NCBI GenBank assembly: GCA_903813345.2
Contig: CAIIXF020000001.1
Coordinates: forward strand, 7,874,001 to 7,938,000
Direction: 5' to 3'
Origin: Owenia fusiformis
Lineage: Eukaryota
Length of the DNA: 64,000 bases
Shown here: positions 13,801 through 26,700 of the stretch, in pieces
How the letters are laid out: each line of letters begins with the position of its first letter
Position numbering within the stretch: position 1 is the stretch's first letter
Notes under the pieces: generated by a model
What the model was told of the DNA's origin: nothing
The model's input: the letters and a program-made list of their open reading frames with translations, nothing else
The model's database searches: none
Program-made: the position numbers and the translations under genes

Positions 13801-16800
13801 TCCCCCAAAAAATGAAAAAAAATTCTTGATGTTGAAACAGTCCTCCTTATTGCCTTCTTTATACAGTGATTAAGATGTCAGTCTGATTTATATATATGCG
13901 GAGGTTGAATAATTTGAAAAAAACTTGATTAACTTGCATTCACCCTTTTTACATTAAACTCATTTATTTAAATACTATAAAAGTCATGCTTATGCCATTT
14001 TAATATCATTTGTGTAATTGACTGTTGTACCTCCTGTGAAAATAGTTTTGAAATCCATGCATTATTGAAATGGTTATTTTAAGAAAAAAAAACATGAATG
14101 TTTTTGGCACACCCTGTACACCCTGTATTGTAAAAGCCACATTTTTTGATCAGCCTTAACAGTCAGCATCAGTGTTTGGAGGCTGTGACAAATTGTTACA
14201 CTTTTGTAATTTGCAATATCTGGCACCAATCAATAGATTTAAAGCAAAATATGTGACCAATTCTCATACTCTTTTGTGAATCCTGCTTATATGCAATTTA
14301 TTGTATTGTTTTTGTACATGTTTTATATTTGTGAATAAAAAAAAATTCTCATACTCTTATACATTTTATGATGGTATGATTGAAGAAATGACTAAAATGA
14401 AAAAGCCTTCGTGCATTTATTAGAACAATTCCTTAGTTCCGGCTGTGTACACTTATCCCAAAATTCTACCTGTAAACCATGAGCAAAAATACTTTTTTAG
14501 AAGTGTGATTTAGTTTAGTTTACAAAACTGATTTTTAACACTGAGTCAAAAAAAATTATAATAGAATAAAGTGCCAAACAATAAAGCATTTACAAACCTG
14601 ATAGAGCTGTGGTGGACAGCATTTTGGAGGGGTCGAGCTTGAACCATTCAATGGATCTGGTGCCACTGCACATGCAGCAAACAAGCCAATTAGTATAAAT
14701 GTTGTGTGCATCATGCTAATCCTGAGGATTAACAATTATTCAACAGCACAATAAGTGATCTATGTATGGAGATTTTTTCTTTCGTGATCCGTTTTAGTCC
14801 CTGTTATTGTCTTATTTAAAGCTGATGGTATATACAAGTGAATTACCAGCTTTGTTAGTAATTTTTCATTTCCCTCTGACAATCATATTAGGAAATACTT
14901 TCAGGCTCATAAATTATTGCCAAAGATATTCCAATGTTTTATAAAAGTTAATTTTCGATCTCCTCATTAATAACTGTCAATCAACAGTTAGATTGATCTA
15001 ATTTACTTGTTTTTTCAATTACATCACCATTATTCATTTAGGTTGAAATTGGGCCTTTAATGAGCATTTCATTAATATGATAGTGACATGATTATTAGAC
15101 AATAATTTTGTTTTTGTCATTGTTACAAATGGGGAATATGATGACGTGTTATTGCCTCTGATTAGATTTATGGCAAGCTGGGTAAATTTCAAGGCAGCTA
15201 TTTTGAGATTCCAACCTTAAATCTTGTCGGTAAAGTCTTGTTGATTGCTTTAATGAAGCACCTGTTGAACAGAATGTCCGTACAAATGCACTCACCTTCT
15301 GTTTGTGCTTTGTATGACATTACATCACAATACATATTTCCAGAAGCAGATAGAATAAGTGCACAGTAGTGCATGTATGGAGGATTAGAGAATGGCTATG
15401 CTGCATTCTGATTGGTTGAGAAACTCAGTTAGAGAATGGTCATGTTTGAATCCCTTCTAACAAAAAACTATACATAATAGCCATAATTTTGCCAATTTTT
15501 AGAATATAAACCCCTCTTGATATTCTATTAAAGGGGGCGATATTTTCATCCTGTGTCTTATTGTTGATATTTCTTGTCAAGAAAAAGCTTGTTTGGATTC
15601 AATTCAGATTTGACAGCTGTTAGATTGAATAGGGGGTAATCTAGAATTATAATATGGCCATTTTTGTCAGAATCAGCCTCAGAAAACCATTTAAAAGAAT
15701 TATTGCATATGCTCATGGTTACAACTTGGTGATCTTGAAATATGTGTTATATTGTAAATTTTAGAAAGATGAACTAGTCAGTGAGCGGGACCGCCAGTCA
15801 GTACAGATGAGTGTAAGTAACATATGAATTCATATTTCTTGGAGATCTGTTTTCTGTACTTACTCTTGATTATACTTATCAAATACCATTAACTAAAAGT
15901 TTGGACTGCTAATAGGAAGAAAATAGTCTCTCAATCCTTATTAAGAGAAATATTGTTACATTCTGTCACTTTCCCCTTGTAAAATAATATTGAACTCAAT
16001 AAATTGCATAATTTCATTGGTGTTATCGAGACCTCATCCTCCCATAACTTTGCTCATGCTTAACTCATTGCTGGCCAAAGCTATATTGAAGGTTTTCTGC
16101 TAGTGACTGGCAATTTTGATGAAAAAATGATCAAAATGGCATGTTTTCATATTAGCATCAAATGGACTGTCTCAACACCCTCTGTGCTATCTTTTACGCC
16201 ATTGTGAAGCCGACGTCAATATATTTCAATTGCACCCAACAGTGATAATTATTGTACAGCATCCCAAGATATCTCAGGTTGGTCAGATACGATTATGACC
16301 TCATACACAAGATATCTCGGGGTTGGTCAGCAATTAGTTAATGATGGGCCTCACTCACATCATGTCTAGCCCCTCGCAAAAGGCAATGTCACCACAAGCA
16401 AATTAATAACACAGTTGAGTCTAGATAGTGCTGTGAATTCTAATTGTGTTTCTGATGTGTATATTGTGTGTATATTGTAGGTATTTGGAGATGAGAAGAG
16501 GTTTAAAGGCAAGATGGACAAAATCCATAACCAATATGACAAACAGCAGAAAACTCTTGAAAACAAAGTGTAAGTTTAAAAGTAAATAATTGATAGTTAG
16601 ATTTCACACTTTCCACATCCTCTTCCAATGGAGTTCCAAAAAAGTAAAGTTTGAGTTGAGAGTAGTCTTTAAGGCCAGACTGCCATTGGACTATGAGAAG
16701 TCCATTGTTACAGCACAGTCATTTATCATATTAACTGCTTATATTGAATTTGACCTGAGAAATGTGCCCAATATATTCATTTCATCTTGGGGATGTCCAC

Positions 16801-19800
16801 TGTGTTTCCATGATCATAGTGATATTCAGAAAAAAGAAAAAAGATTAAAAAAATAGACAAAAGTTTATCAAAGTGCTTTTTGTTTTTCCTGTCATCAAAT
16901 CATGTTTATTGTACATTTTTAAAAACTATGGTGCTCAAAGACTCACTGAATGACAGTTAATGACAAACGACATACAGTGAAGGTAATAAATGTACTTTCA
17001 ATGCATTTTTAGAGCAACAACGAAGAAACACCTGAATGATGCAAGGAACCTAGCAAGAGAAAGGCAGACCACAATATCACAACTAAATGCAGTGAGTTAT
17101 TTTACACATCTAGATTCTCCAAAAATTGTTGTCCTGAACTTGTTCCTTATTTATTGCAGTCTTCATCCCAATATACTCCTACATCTTTTTGTCTTCAAGA
17201 TGACTTCAGGCTTCAGAAGGAAGGATAAGACATGCTTCATTATACATTTATGTTTAGATATTTGTGACTTAAACTTTGGTTTCACTGTATATTCTCTATT
17301 CCTCTCATCAAATTCCATGTTTATTTCTCGCTCCCTCATCTGTGATCTTGAATATGTTATCTGCAATATCAATCACATTATGCCCCTCACCCTCCTTAAC
17401 AGCGAAACCTTCTTGATACATATTACATAATGTGATCATATCATCTTAAAGGGAATTTAATTGTGGAGTTACCTAAGTATCACCAAGTAAAAGAGTTTGT
17501 AAAAAGATTATATGTCATTTTTATCATACCATGCTAGACCTTCATTGGTTACACCAAAATTAAATTTTCAGATAGCATGGTATTTCACTCAATGTTTCAT
17601 TGAGATGTTTTGCTGTAGAGGCCTAGAGGGGATGCATTTGTTTTTTGCTATCCTGTACATTATTTTCTTACTATAAAGAAAGCATGATGCTCAAACATGT
17701 TTTAACTCATTTTAATGTGTCCTCTTCCGTAGCAACTAATCACAGCAAGGAGCAGCAGAGACCAACTGGAGTCAGAGAGGAACAGGTTGCAGCACAAACT
17801 GAAGGACATCAATGAGGAATACAAGAGCAGACTGAACCAGTATGTCAGAGACATTGCAGTAAGTGAACAGAAATCAGAATTCACTCTGTACTTTTCATCT
17901 TGTAAGATGAGGTCAGACATGAACAAATTATTTTTTAGTATTCCATATTCAGATTAAAATTGGCATCTTGTATTGTAAAATAGTCATAAAATCGTGACCA
18001 TTTGAAGAAGACCAATAAAACTTGGTGGATTGAAAGAACATTGGACAAAAATTCAATTGTGCCAAATATGACTAAAACCCATACTCGTCTGGATGACTGA
18101 GTTATTAAGATTTATTTGGGTTACCCTTTTTGGCTCACCCCGCTCCAAACATTGTCTTCAATACACAAATTAATAATATCAAATCCTTTTCAGGAATACA
18201 TTGATAAGCCTGGAAGGGGACAGAAGTTTGGGGAAGATGAAGGTGCAGCTAAAGAAAAACTTACGAAATATGTTCATAGGATGATAAAAGATCTGAGGAC
18301 AGCTCATAAACATCGTGAAGAGCAGCTAAGCCAGGCTGTCCAAACCATGAACAAACAGCTCCACCAGGTCATTAAAAGGCACGAGGGATTACTTATTGCA
18401 TACAGGTATTTGAAGTCGATTTTTGTATTCATCCTAGATTAGTTGTGACCTTATACATTGTTTTATTTTATGGTTACACAAAATTAACTAGCAATATGAT
18501 TGATATGCCATTTTTGAATTCATTGGCCATTTTTTCACTTTTATCATCTGAAACTGTGATTGAAAGAATTAGAAAAACTTTAGAGGAGATAAAACCTATT
18601 ATTATTATATTGGTTAAAGACATGAATGTAGAATTTGCACAAATCTTCTAAAATATTACATTTTTCAGAGATCTTCGGCAACAGGTTGATTCACTGGGTA
18701 TACACGACATAGAACTGGGACCAGATGAAAGTGATTTGCAAATGAAGGACAAAGAGCTCCAATCTCGGCAAGAACAAGAAATATTCCGTCTCAAGGATGA
18801 GCTAGAAAAAATCAAAAGCAGTTATGAAGCAACAAAACTTAGAGTGAGAATATTATGATATTGATCAAGATGAATTAGGCATTTATAATCATGCATTTAT
18901 GCTGTCTGTCTCATAAAATTTATAAACCTTTAGAAATGTATTTGTGTTTTGTTATGCACATATGACAAAACAAATCAAGACTGTTTATATGTTGTGTCGC
19001 TCTTTTCATAAGTGACATCTTTATTAAGACAACAATGATAAACAATAGTGATATATTTTTTTATAAAGCAATAATAGCATCTTTAGTGGACATACACATT
19101 TCAGTCTTAGAGTCAATTAGAGTAGCAAAGGGTTGATATCCATTTGCAAAACTGAAGCCATTTTCCAAAAAACAATAATTCACAATACAGTCAATCAGGA
19201 GAAATCTCTGGTTTCCATAAAATCCCCAAAAGTTAATTCCATACAGCTGTATCCATATATCAATATTTATTAAATTCTTATGAATTACAGTTGAATGTTG
19301 GATTCCATGGAAAGGACAACCCTGCCTTGAATTTAAAGAATGCTTCAGATTCCTCGTAAGTATACAAAACTGTATTTGACCACACTTCCAAGAGTCGCTT
19401 TGTCACAGTATTTGTCAGTGATTGGCTTCATTGAAAGCTATTGTCAAGATTTTCCAAACATGTACAACATTGCATTCTGGTATGCCAGAGCCCCTCTTAT
19501 CTGCCGTTTGCTTTGGAAGGATAAAGACAAAGGGGGCGTGGCTATCGTGGCTATCGCGATGACAGCATTGTACATAGTAAGAAGTTCTACAATTCAGTAT
19601 GAGAAATATGATGTACTTTTGTTATTGAAACTGAATAATTTATTTTGAAACTTATTCATATCCAAAGCCTACTCCATAATTTGTTGTGTAACATATTTTT
19701 TATCATAGTTCTACTTCAGTTCCACCAATTTCATCAAAAGTGAATAGTCCAGTTAATTCTTGTCATTTTTTGAGTGGTGCAAATGTTGCTTAATTCAAAA

Positions 19801-20890
19801 TATGACAGTGGCCAATGTTTGCACAATGAGTGATGTCAATAGTAGGGATAACAATGACACTTGTCAGTAGTTAAAAGTGATTTGCCTCCAAATTCGGTGA
19901 TTAAACAACAAAAAAAACTCTGATAAACACATCCATTTGGATGAATATGTTGAACTAGACCAGCATAAATTTGAGATTCTTTCTTTGTTTGATAAGACAG
20001 AAACTTTTTCGAACTTTGAACCTTCAATTTCAGAAGTCATCTGGAAATTTCAAATTTCTCTTTCAGAATATCCACAGAGGGGAGGCAGGAAGATACATGG
20101 AACAGCTTACGGAAACAGCTGCGTGAGTTTACATTGAACACGCAACAAGAGTTGGAATCAGAGCGAGCAGATCTCATCAGTAAGAACACAATGCTTGAAG
20201 AACAAGTGCACCAGTTACAGAGCTATATAGACACCCAACTTGCCAGGTACCGTACATATTTTGTATTTTTTGTTTCAAATTTTCAACAGTCGTGGAATAA
20301 TGAAGTTAGTTTCATTAGGGTTAGAGAGAAATGATGATTTCATTTGCAAATAGTGTTAATTTCTTTTAATAATTGAGTGAAAGACCCATTTTAAGATTCC
20401 ATTAGATGATGGTAGGGGGGTCAAACCGTAATGAAATTAACTTCGTTTTGCCATGACATCATAATTGGACACCATTCCTCAGTGTGTAGAATAACATTGA
20501 ATTGTTGGTACTTTCAAGGTTGAAGTGTTCATGTGGAATTCCCTGACTGAATCCCACTGAGTCTTGACTTTCAATGAGATTGTTAAAGAACATGTACCTA
20601 AGGTTGATTAGATCTATGCATCAGAAGTATCTCCTTTATAAAACATTGTATTACATTTGTGGCTCCATTTTCATTTCTGTTTACATCTCATAAAGTTACC
20701 AAAGCTCTTTGATATTGGGTTGTGTTACTATAGCATTATTTGAAATCATCCTCTAATATCAAATAAATTCTTAGACTGTTTATTTCGTATATTTTTTCAT
20801 TCATATGGAACCATGATATACTCATAAGAATATAATGATTTCAGGTATGGAGGTGAAAGAACAAGAAGGAAAGGTTATGCAAGGCCTTGA
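4868..20890 (+). CDS. CCDC78: Kinesin-motor-like / CCDC78-like coiled-coil protein, 5'-incomplete, 16 exons
   Basis: Phase-consistent GT-AG exons: 4868-5064, 5271-5445, 5814-5942, 6406-6537, 6770-6856, 7531-7710, 8797-8970, 15765-15812, 16481-16569, 17013-17091, 17733-17858, 18194-18405, 18669-18843, 19291-19355, 20067-20246, 20845-20890 (TGA; the last exon is the least certain). Kinesin-like motifs: LTIVKLAGSE, EGPTLNKS, DAKLPNILKDEIGGNCKT. CCDC78-like motifs recognised from memory: SEEEKLKVSKTLVDLQIENN, WNSLRKQLREFTLNTQQELESERA...LQSYIDTQLARY. Upstream exons lie outside the window or were not found. Confidence 0.8.
7819..8714 (+). mobile_element. Helentron-associated non-autonomous element (HINE/DINE-1-like)
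   Basis: Subterminal inverted repeats ATCCCATCGAAC (7824-7835) / GTTCGATGGGAT (8670-8681), a (GTCC)n microsatellite at ~7868-7913, internal diverged repeats with AAAATGGCGGCCATTTT, and a 3' hairpin at 8684-8701, in T-rich flanks. Confidence 0.8.
9426..11007. mobile_element. TIR-bounded non-autonomous DNA element nested in the MITE
   Basis: AAAGGAGAACCCCTGATAAGGAGAGCTTTTTAGAAGGACA (from 9426) is the reverse complement of TGTCCTTCTAAAAAGCTCTCCTTATCGGGGGTTCTCCTTT (to 11007). GCCA is present on both flanks as a possible 4-bp TSD. Confidence 0.75.
9618..10481 (+). mobile_element. Second HINE/DINE-1-like element, nested
   Basis: subTIRs GCTCACACAG (9624-9633) / CTGTGTGAGC (10450-10459), a CGTC/GTCC microsatellite at ~9657-9683, and a 3' hairpin AGGACC-GTG-GGTCCT (10462-10476). 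Confidence 0.8.
12310..14714 (-). CDS. Ependymin-related protein (EPDR-like), 209 aa, secreted; nested antisense in an intron of the CCDC78-like gene
   Basis: Exons (minus strand): 14598-14714 (MMHTTFILIGLFAACAVAPDPLNGSSSTPPKCCPPQLYQ, a signal-peptide-like start plus CCxPxQ), 13281-13580 (...GRTC...FDGCIPESASFMG...), and 12310-12522 (VNTW...TVTPDDCIP...FSSFQEGIQDMSVFDIPDYC). Both introns are phase 0 and GT-AG. The cysteine spacing and terminal F-D-x-P-x-x-C match the ependymin family. Confidence 0.88.
12713..12900. mobile_element. ~190-bp palindromic MITE in EPDR intron 2
   Basis: CTTGTATTCGCGAATGTAACTAACGCCTGT...TAAATATGAAT pairs with ATTCATATTTA...ACAGGCGTTAGTTGCATTCGAGAATACAAG around a short loop. 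Confidence 0.8.
13620..14116. mobile_element. Tc1/mariner-type MITE
   Basis: TA|CAGGGTGGGCCAAAA ... TTTTGGCACACCCTG|TA. The termini match those of 59588-60172. Confidence 0.75.
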
Positions 20891-23714
20891 CCCCGGGGCC
20901 TCGGCATTACATTGTGCAATGGGACAGTCCTATTAAAGTCCTATTATCATTCCATCTGCAGATTGCTGAGCCAGACTAGCTTTGCTTTAATACCACTAGG
21001 AAATTCCTTTTCACCGAACAATATCATTGAAAAGGATTTTAGAAAAGGTGAATTCATTGTCAAAGTGGATTCTATTTTGAGAATATTTATGTGCATGTAT
21101 CTTCCAATCATAGATTACTGAATGTATCTTCCAATTAAAACATTACTGAGATCAATGTGTTAATAGGGAACACATTTTAATTCCCTATGTGTTAGCAATC
21201 TGTCAATTTCAAATACATTCAATTACCCATGTTTTAGCACATACATGTACTTTATATACCAAGGGATGTTTGTTGAGAAATTAAAACGTTATCTTTCCAT
21301 GACCTCTCACTCTCTGATCTAAAAGAATACATTTGGAGCCGCTAAATAATTAGACATTAGACATAATTAGACATGCAATACATGTTTCTGCAACCCTGTT
21401 TTTGATTTTATTGTCAAAGTTGATAAGACTTGGAATTCAAATACTTTATAGATAGCCTTCATAGTGTATATGTATGTAAAAACACATAAATCCATCATGT
21501 TTGTAAAATGAATATGTATATATTTTATACTTTACTCATAAAGTAGCATTTGCCAGTGAAATATCCGTCCATTTTAAAAACATTTATTTTTGTAAACAAT
21601 TGGAATCCATGGTGATTGTTTACATGATCTCTCTCAAGAGCCATACAATCAAATTCAGACCTGTATATTATTTGGGCATAAACCTTGGTTTAATTTGAAT
21701 TAAACTAAATGATGCATTTTTATGAATTCTTTATTTCTTCATTTTTTATGAAGGCTTAAGTAGGCCTATTTCTATATTTTTACAATTATAAGGAATTAGA
21801 TATAAGCTGTATCTGTATTTTACAATGTTCACTGTCATGGTTTGTTTTTAGTATTTTGAATCCAATGGAGCATTATTCAGCATATGTTTTCATTGTTGTT
21901 GTTTTTCAATATCATTCTATTCATTACAAATGTAATTTGCATGATGTGATATTTTACTCACTGTGCTGTGTTTTGCTTTATATATACTTGGATATTGAAA
22001 AACAATATGATTGGTGTAGTAATTATTTTTACATTAAAATTTTACACTTACAAATAAATGATTGTATTACTTCCATTAACTGTAAATAATATTATTTATT
22101 CATTAATTATTGAAATAAAATATATTGATGTTAGATTAAATGTTCATTTTTTGTTGATTTACAAGTGAAAACACAATTCAATAGACTAGGTGTGAGTAGA
22201 AATGTTCTTGATTTACATCATTAAAAATTCAGTCAAACTGATGTCATATTTCAAATCTACATGTAAAATTACATCTAGAAATGTGGTTTTGAAAAGAGTT
22301 TATCAACTTTGAAAATTTAATTTTCTTTAAAAATGTGACTTCTCAGTCGGGGAGATTCCCCATAGACCCCATGTTGTAAAATCACAAAAAGTGAAATATC
22401 TTTTCTTGTGTTGGGCAGATAACATTTTCCTTGAATGGACATATTTTAATTTGTATAACTATCAGATACATAAGAGTAACATGAAAAGTGAACCACTAAA
22501 ACTGATGAATATTCAAGTTTAAGGGAATTTTGTAATACCCTGCCATGTTATTTCCCCCGAATCAGCCACCTGGTGGCGAAACTGGTAACTACCTACTCGC
22601 ATCTGAGTAATTGGAATCAGATATTATATGAAATGATGTTCAGTGCATCTCACAATAAATAGAGGTTATTAAATGAGAGTTATGAAATATGAATTTTATT
22701 CTGAGTGAAAATATGAATGAAACGAGCCATGTTAGAAATACCACATTGACCAAGGATGATCTAGCCATGATATTTTTCTGAAATATATTTATGTTACAGT
22801 TTTGCCATGTAATAACTAATAGTAATACCTTATTTTTGTTTTTTTCTTTTTTTCAAATTCAGAACCAGTTCAAACATGAAAAAAAATTGAGAGAATTCCC
22901 TGAAAATAGTTCTGATACAGGATCCAATACAGGATCTGATATGGGATTTTGGCTGACATGGGATCCGATACAGGATTTTTTGAATATCAATTCTATTTCC
23001 TGTTTATTTCTCAGGGAAAACATGTTATGGAATAAATACATGATATCCCTTGATTTTTATATTAGAACGAGAGAGCATTCCAAATGAGTGTTGATATTGC
23101 AACAAGTTGGAAATATGAAATCAAGAAGATCTGGAAATATGGACATGTATTTCCAGATTTGAATAAATGAGATAGTGAGGTCCTAAACTAAGCATCTTTG
23201 CACCTTGTCGAAAAGTTAATAAACCGATCAGAGATGTTACAGTATTAACATGAAATAGTATCAATTTAGAGGTTTGAGGAAAAGGTGTTGTTCGGAATAT
23301 TTAAAATTAATTATTCAATTTTCATAGTTCCCTGTCATTGCTATTAAAGCTATAGGCTAGTAAGCTACTAAATTCAATTAACATGAAAGTAAACAACGAT
23401 TGACAAAACTGAAATTGAAGTCATCTATACATCTATACCATTATTCTGGAAAGAAGGATAGTACTGTGTGATCCAGGTATGTTTATGCTGTCCAAAGTCA
23501 GAGAACATTATGATTTCTGGAGGTTGCACGTTTGTGGACTGGTTTGGTGATTCGCAATTAGTCATTAAAGATAAAAATGGGAGCCCTGATTCATATGGTT
23601 GAGTTAGAAGAAGATTGCATTTTAATCCATATATATTTACCCTGGTAAATTTTCCCCGGTAATTTTGCAACTAAAGACGAAAAGCCCCGAACGAAATGCT
23701 CGACGATTGAAAAA

Positions 23715-26700
23715 ATGCAGGTAAATATTTTATACTAACGCTGTTTTCAATGCTTCATCGTGTATTATATCTACCGAGTCATATACTATATAATGCATAA
23801 ACATTTGGTTATTGTGAAAGACTATCGTTGAACGGGTAAATATTGCTTAAATGTATCAAAATTTGGAAATAATATAGAAGTGGGCGATAATAGAGTAATA
23901 ATAATTTTAAATTTCTTTTTATGTCAATAACCACAGTGAACACCATCTATTGATCTCTCTTACTAGAAGTATCTTCTTCCTATAGAGATCAATGTATGGT
24001 GTTCACTATGAATAAAATTCATAGTATCATGCACAAACCAATGTCAACCTTTGCTTTTGGTGGTCTCCGTGAAATATGATATTGCAGGAAAAGACGGGAC
24101 TTTTCCACAAATGTACAGACTCGATAATACAATTATAGTCAGATTCATAATTCCATTGACAAAACTTTGGGGGTTACCAGTTGCCTCATTAGTCTGAATC
24201 CCAATGATCCAAATACCATTCGTCAAAATACCATTGTTCGAATTTTTCTATATTATTGAGATGATTTTTGGAGGTCTTGATACTTGTAAAAGGTTGTAGG
24301 CCTAACACATTTTAACTTTAAATATGTCATATGAACAAATAGTTTCTCTATATCCTAACTTGAGCATCGCCCGGTAGGATAACTACCCACAAGGTCATGT
24401 CCATACTATGATAAGGTTTTCATTAGGTATCATTAGGTTCCAGACAAATCAGATTCGAACTAATTAGACTCAGACCATTGGGATTCGGATGATTGGTATT
24501 CGGATGAATAGGATTCAGATGATTGGGATTTGGACAAATGTGATTTGGACCATTGGGAATCAGATGATTGAGATTCAGACCATTGGGATTCGGACCAATG
24601 GTGTGTCCTCACAACTTTGAATCCATTGACAACTTTGAATCAACAGTTTGGACAATACATAAATTAGTTTTGGATTTGCTGAAATGAGGATTTCCCATGC
24701 TTGAAATAAGAGAATTTTCAAGAGGCCATTCATCAGTGGATGAGAGGGGCACTGGTCAGTATCAAGGGGAGGTAACAGCTGTAACCTTCACATCTAAGAT
24801 GGCAGACAGTACATGTAAGTGTCTATTTCGATATTTTTTGTTTCCATTGAATTAAACCACTTTATAGTTGAGGTAATGCTTTGATATTTGAACTACTTAG
24901 TATATCAGGCTTATATGACACATCACAACTCTGGAGTATGATCATTTGTTCATATATCGTGCGTAGGCACCACAGTTCAACAATATCTTCTACCGCTTAA
25001 GGGAGGGTAACTGAGATTGGTAGAGCCCATGGTTTCACAGATGATAAAATAAGTGGTGATGCGGTAAGTTATGAGAGTTTATAATGGAGAGCTAAGATGT
25101 CCAGTTACCATGTATTTAAAACTAACATGACCGTTACTGTATCATAAATTTAAAGCAGTGGGAGATATTGTTGAACTGTGGCGCCCATGCACGATATATG
25201 AACAAATTATCATACTCCATAGTTCCCTTGTCATATAAGCCTGGTTTGGTTCAAATACCAAAGCATAACATTAACTATAAAGTAGTTTAATTCGATGAAA
25301 ACTAAAAATATTGAAATCGACAATTACCATACGCCATCTAAGATGTGAAGGTTACGGCTATTACCTTCTCTTAATACTGACCAGTGAGAGTATACAAAAT
25401 GTAAAATACATGTACACAAATTTTAGGGGATACAGTGTATGTATCTAGATCAAAAATGGGCTTTCAAACCACCATGATTTGAAAATAATGATACACTAAT
25501 GATAGAATAATTGACTGCTCATTTATTTGTGATCTAAACTGTACTCTCATCCACTGATGTATGGGCTTTTGAAAATCTCTTATTTTTAACATGGGAACCC
25601 TCTCTTCATCAAATCCATGACTAATTATTTATGGCTCAAATTGTAAACAATAAGCAATTAATGGGATTCCGACCAATGGGATTCGGATGATTGGGATATA
25701 TTCGGACGATTGAAATTTGGACCATAGGGATTCAGACGAATGGGATTTGGATGATTGGGATTTGGACCATTGCAATTCAGACCATTGGTATTTCTCATCT
25801 GACGAATGGGGTGACCCCTAATCAAAGAACCACATTGCAATAGTATATGTAGTTAAAACATTGCCTTGTAGACCCAGACAAAGGAAGAGAAGGTGCTTGA
25901 GTCTTCAGTGGAGGCTATTCTACAGAGAGTGCAGGAGGTGAAGTCGGGAATTGTGGCATTCCTCCTCAAGCTAGAACATGAACATCAGACACTTAACTGG
26001 TAGGCCTGGAACTCATTACTAGATAGGATTACTTTCTTAAAGGGACAATCCCAGTCTGTATTTCTTATCCGAAATCACCCCACACTATTTATTTTTTTAA
26101 TTCATAATGATCTGTGAATTGCACCATCTATAGCCTTTTATAGTAACTTGTAACTGTAAATATAATGAAGGTAAAGCTATATATGATTTTTAAGAGACCT
26201 TGTAAGTGAACATGTACTATGTGTATTGTGACCTCCTAGGGACCTACAGTGTATGTACTATTTTCCTTATACTAATAAACTAAACTTTCTCAACAAAAAT
26301 TTAATACTGCAATTTCTTATTTAAGCTGAACATACAAGTATGATACATCCTATCAAATACTTTTTTATTTGCCTGTAGAATATAGCAGTTTCTCGCATTT
26401 GTGCTATTTCTAGCATGAAATATTCAGAATGAGGAGTCTATGGAAATTGCCCAAATGTTTGGATTTGTTACTCTGTAGAGCAGTTGTTTTATACTATTGT
26501 GTTCCAGGCCCAGCATGCTTGACAGCTATGCCTTGTTGTCAGGCCAGATGAACTCTCTCCAGAAACTCTTGAAGAGTGATAAGATGCCAAATCTACGAAA
26601 CCAGATAGTACTTCCTCTAGCCCTGGTGCCTGAAAGAGACCCAGAAGTAGAAGTAAGTTTAATGGTTTCTGCAGACAGTGCAGCAATATGTAATTGTACT

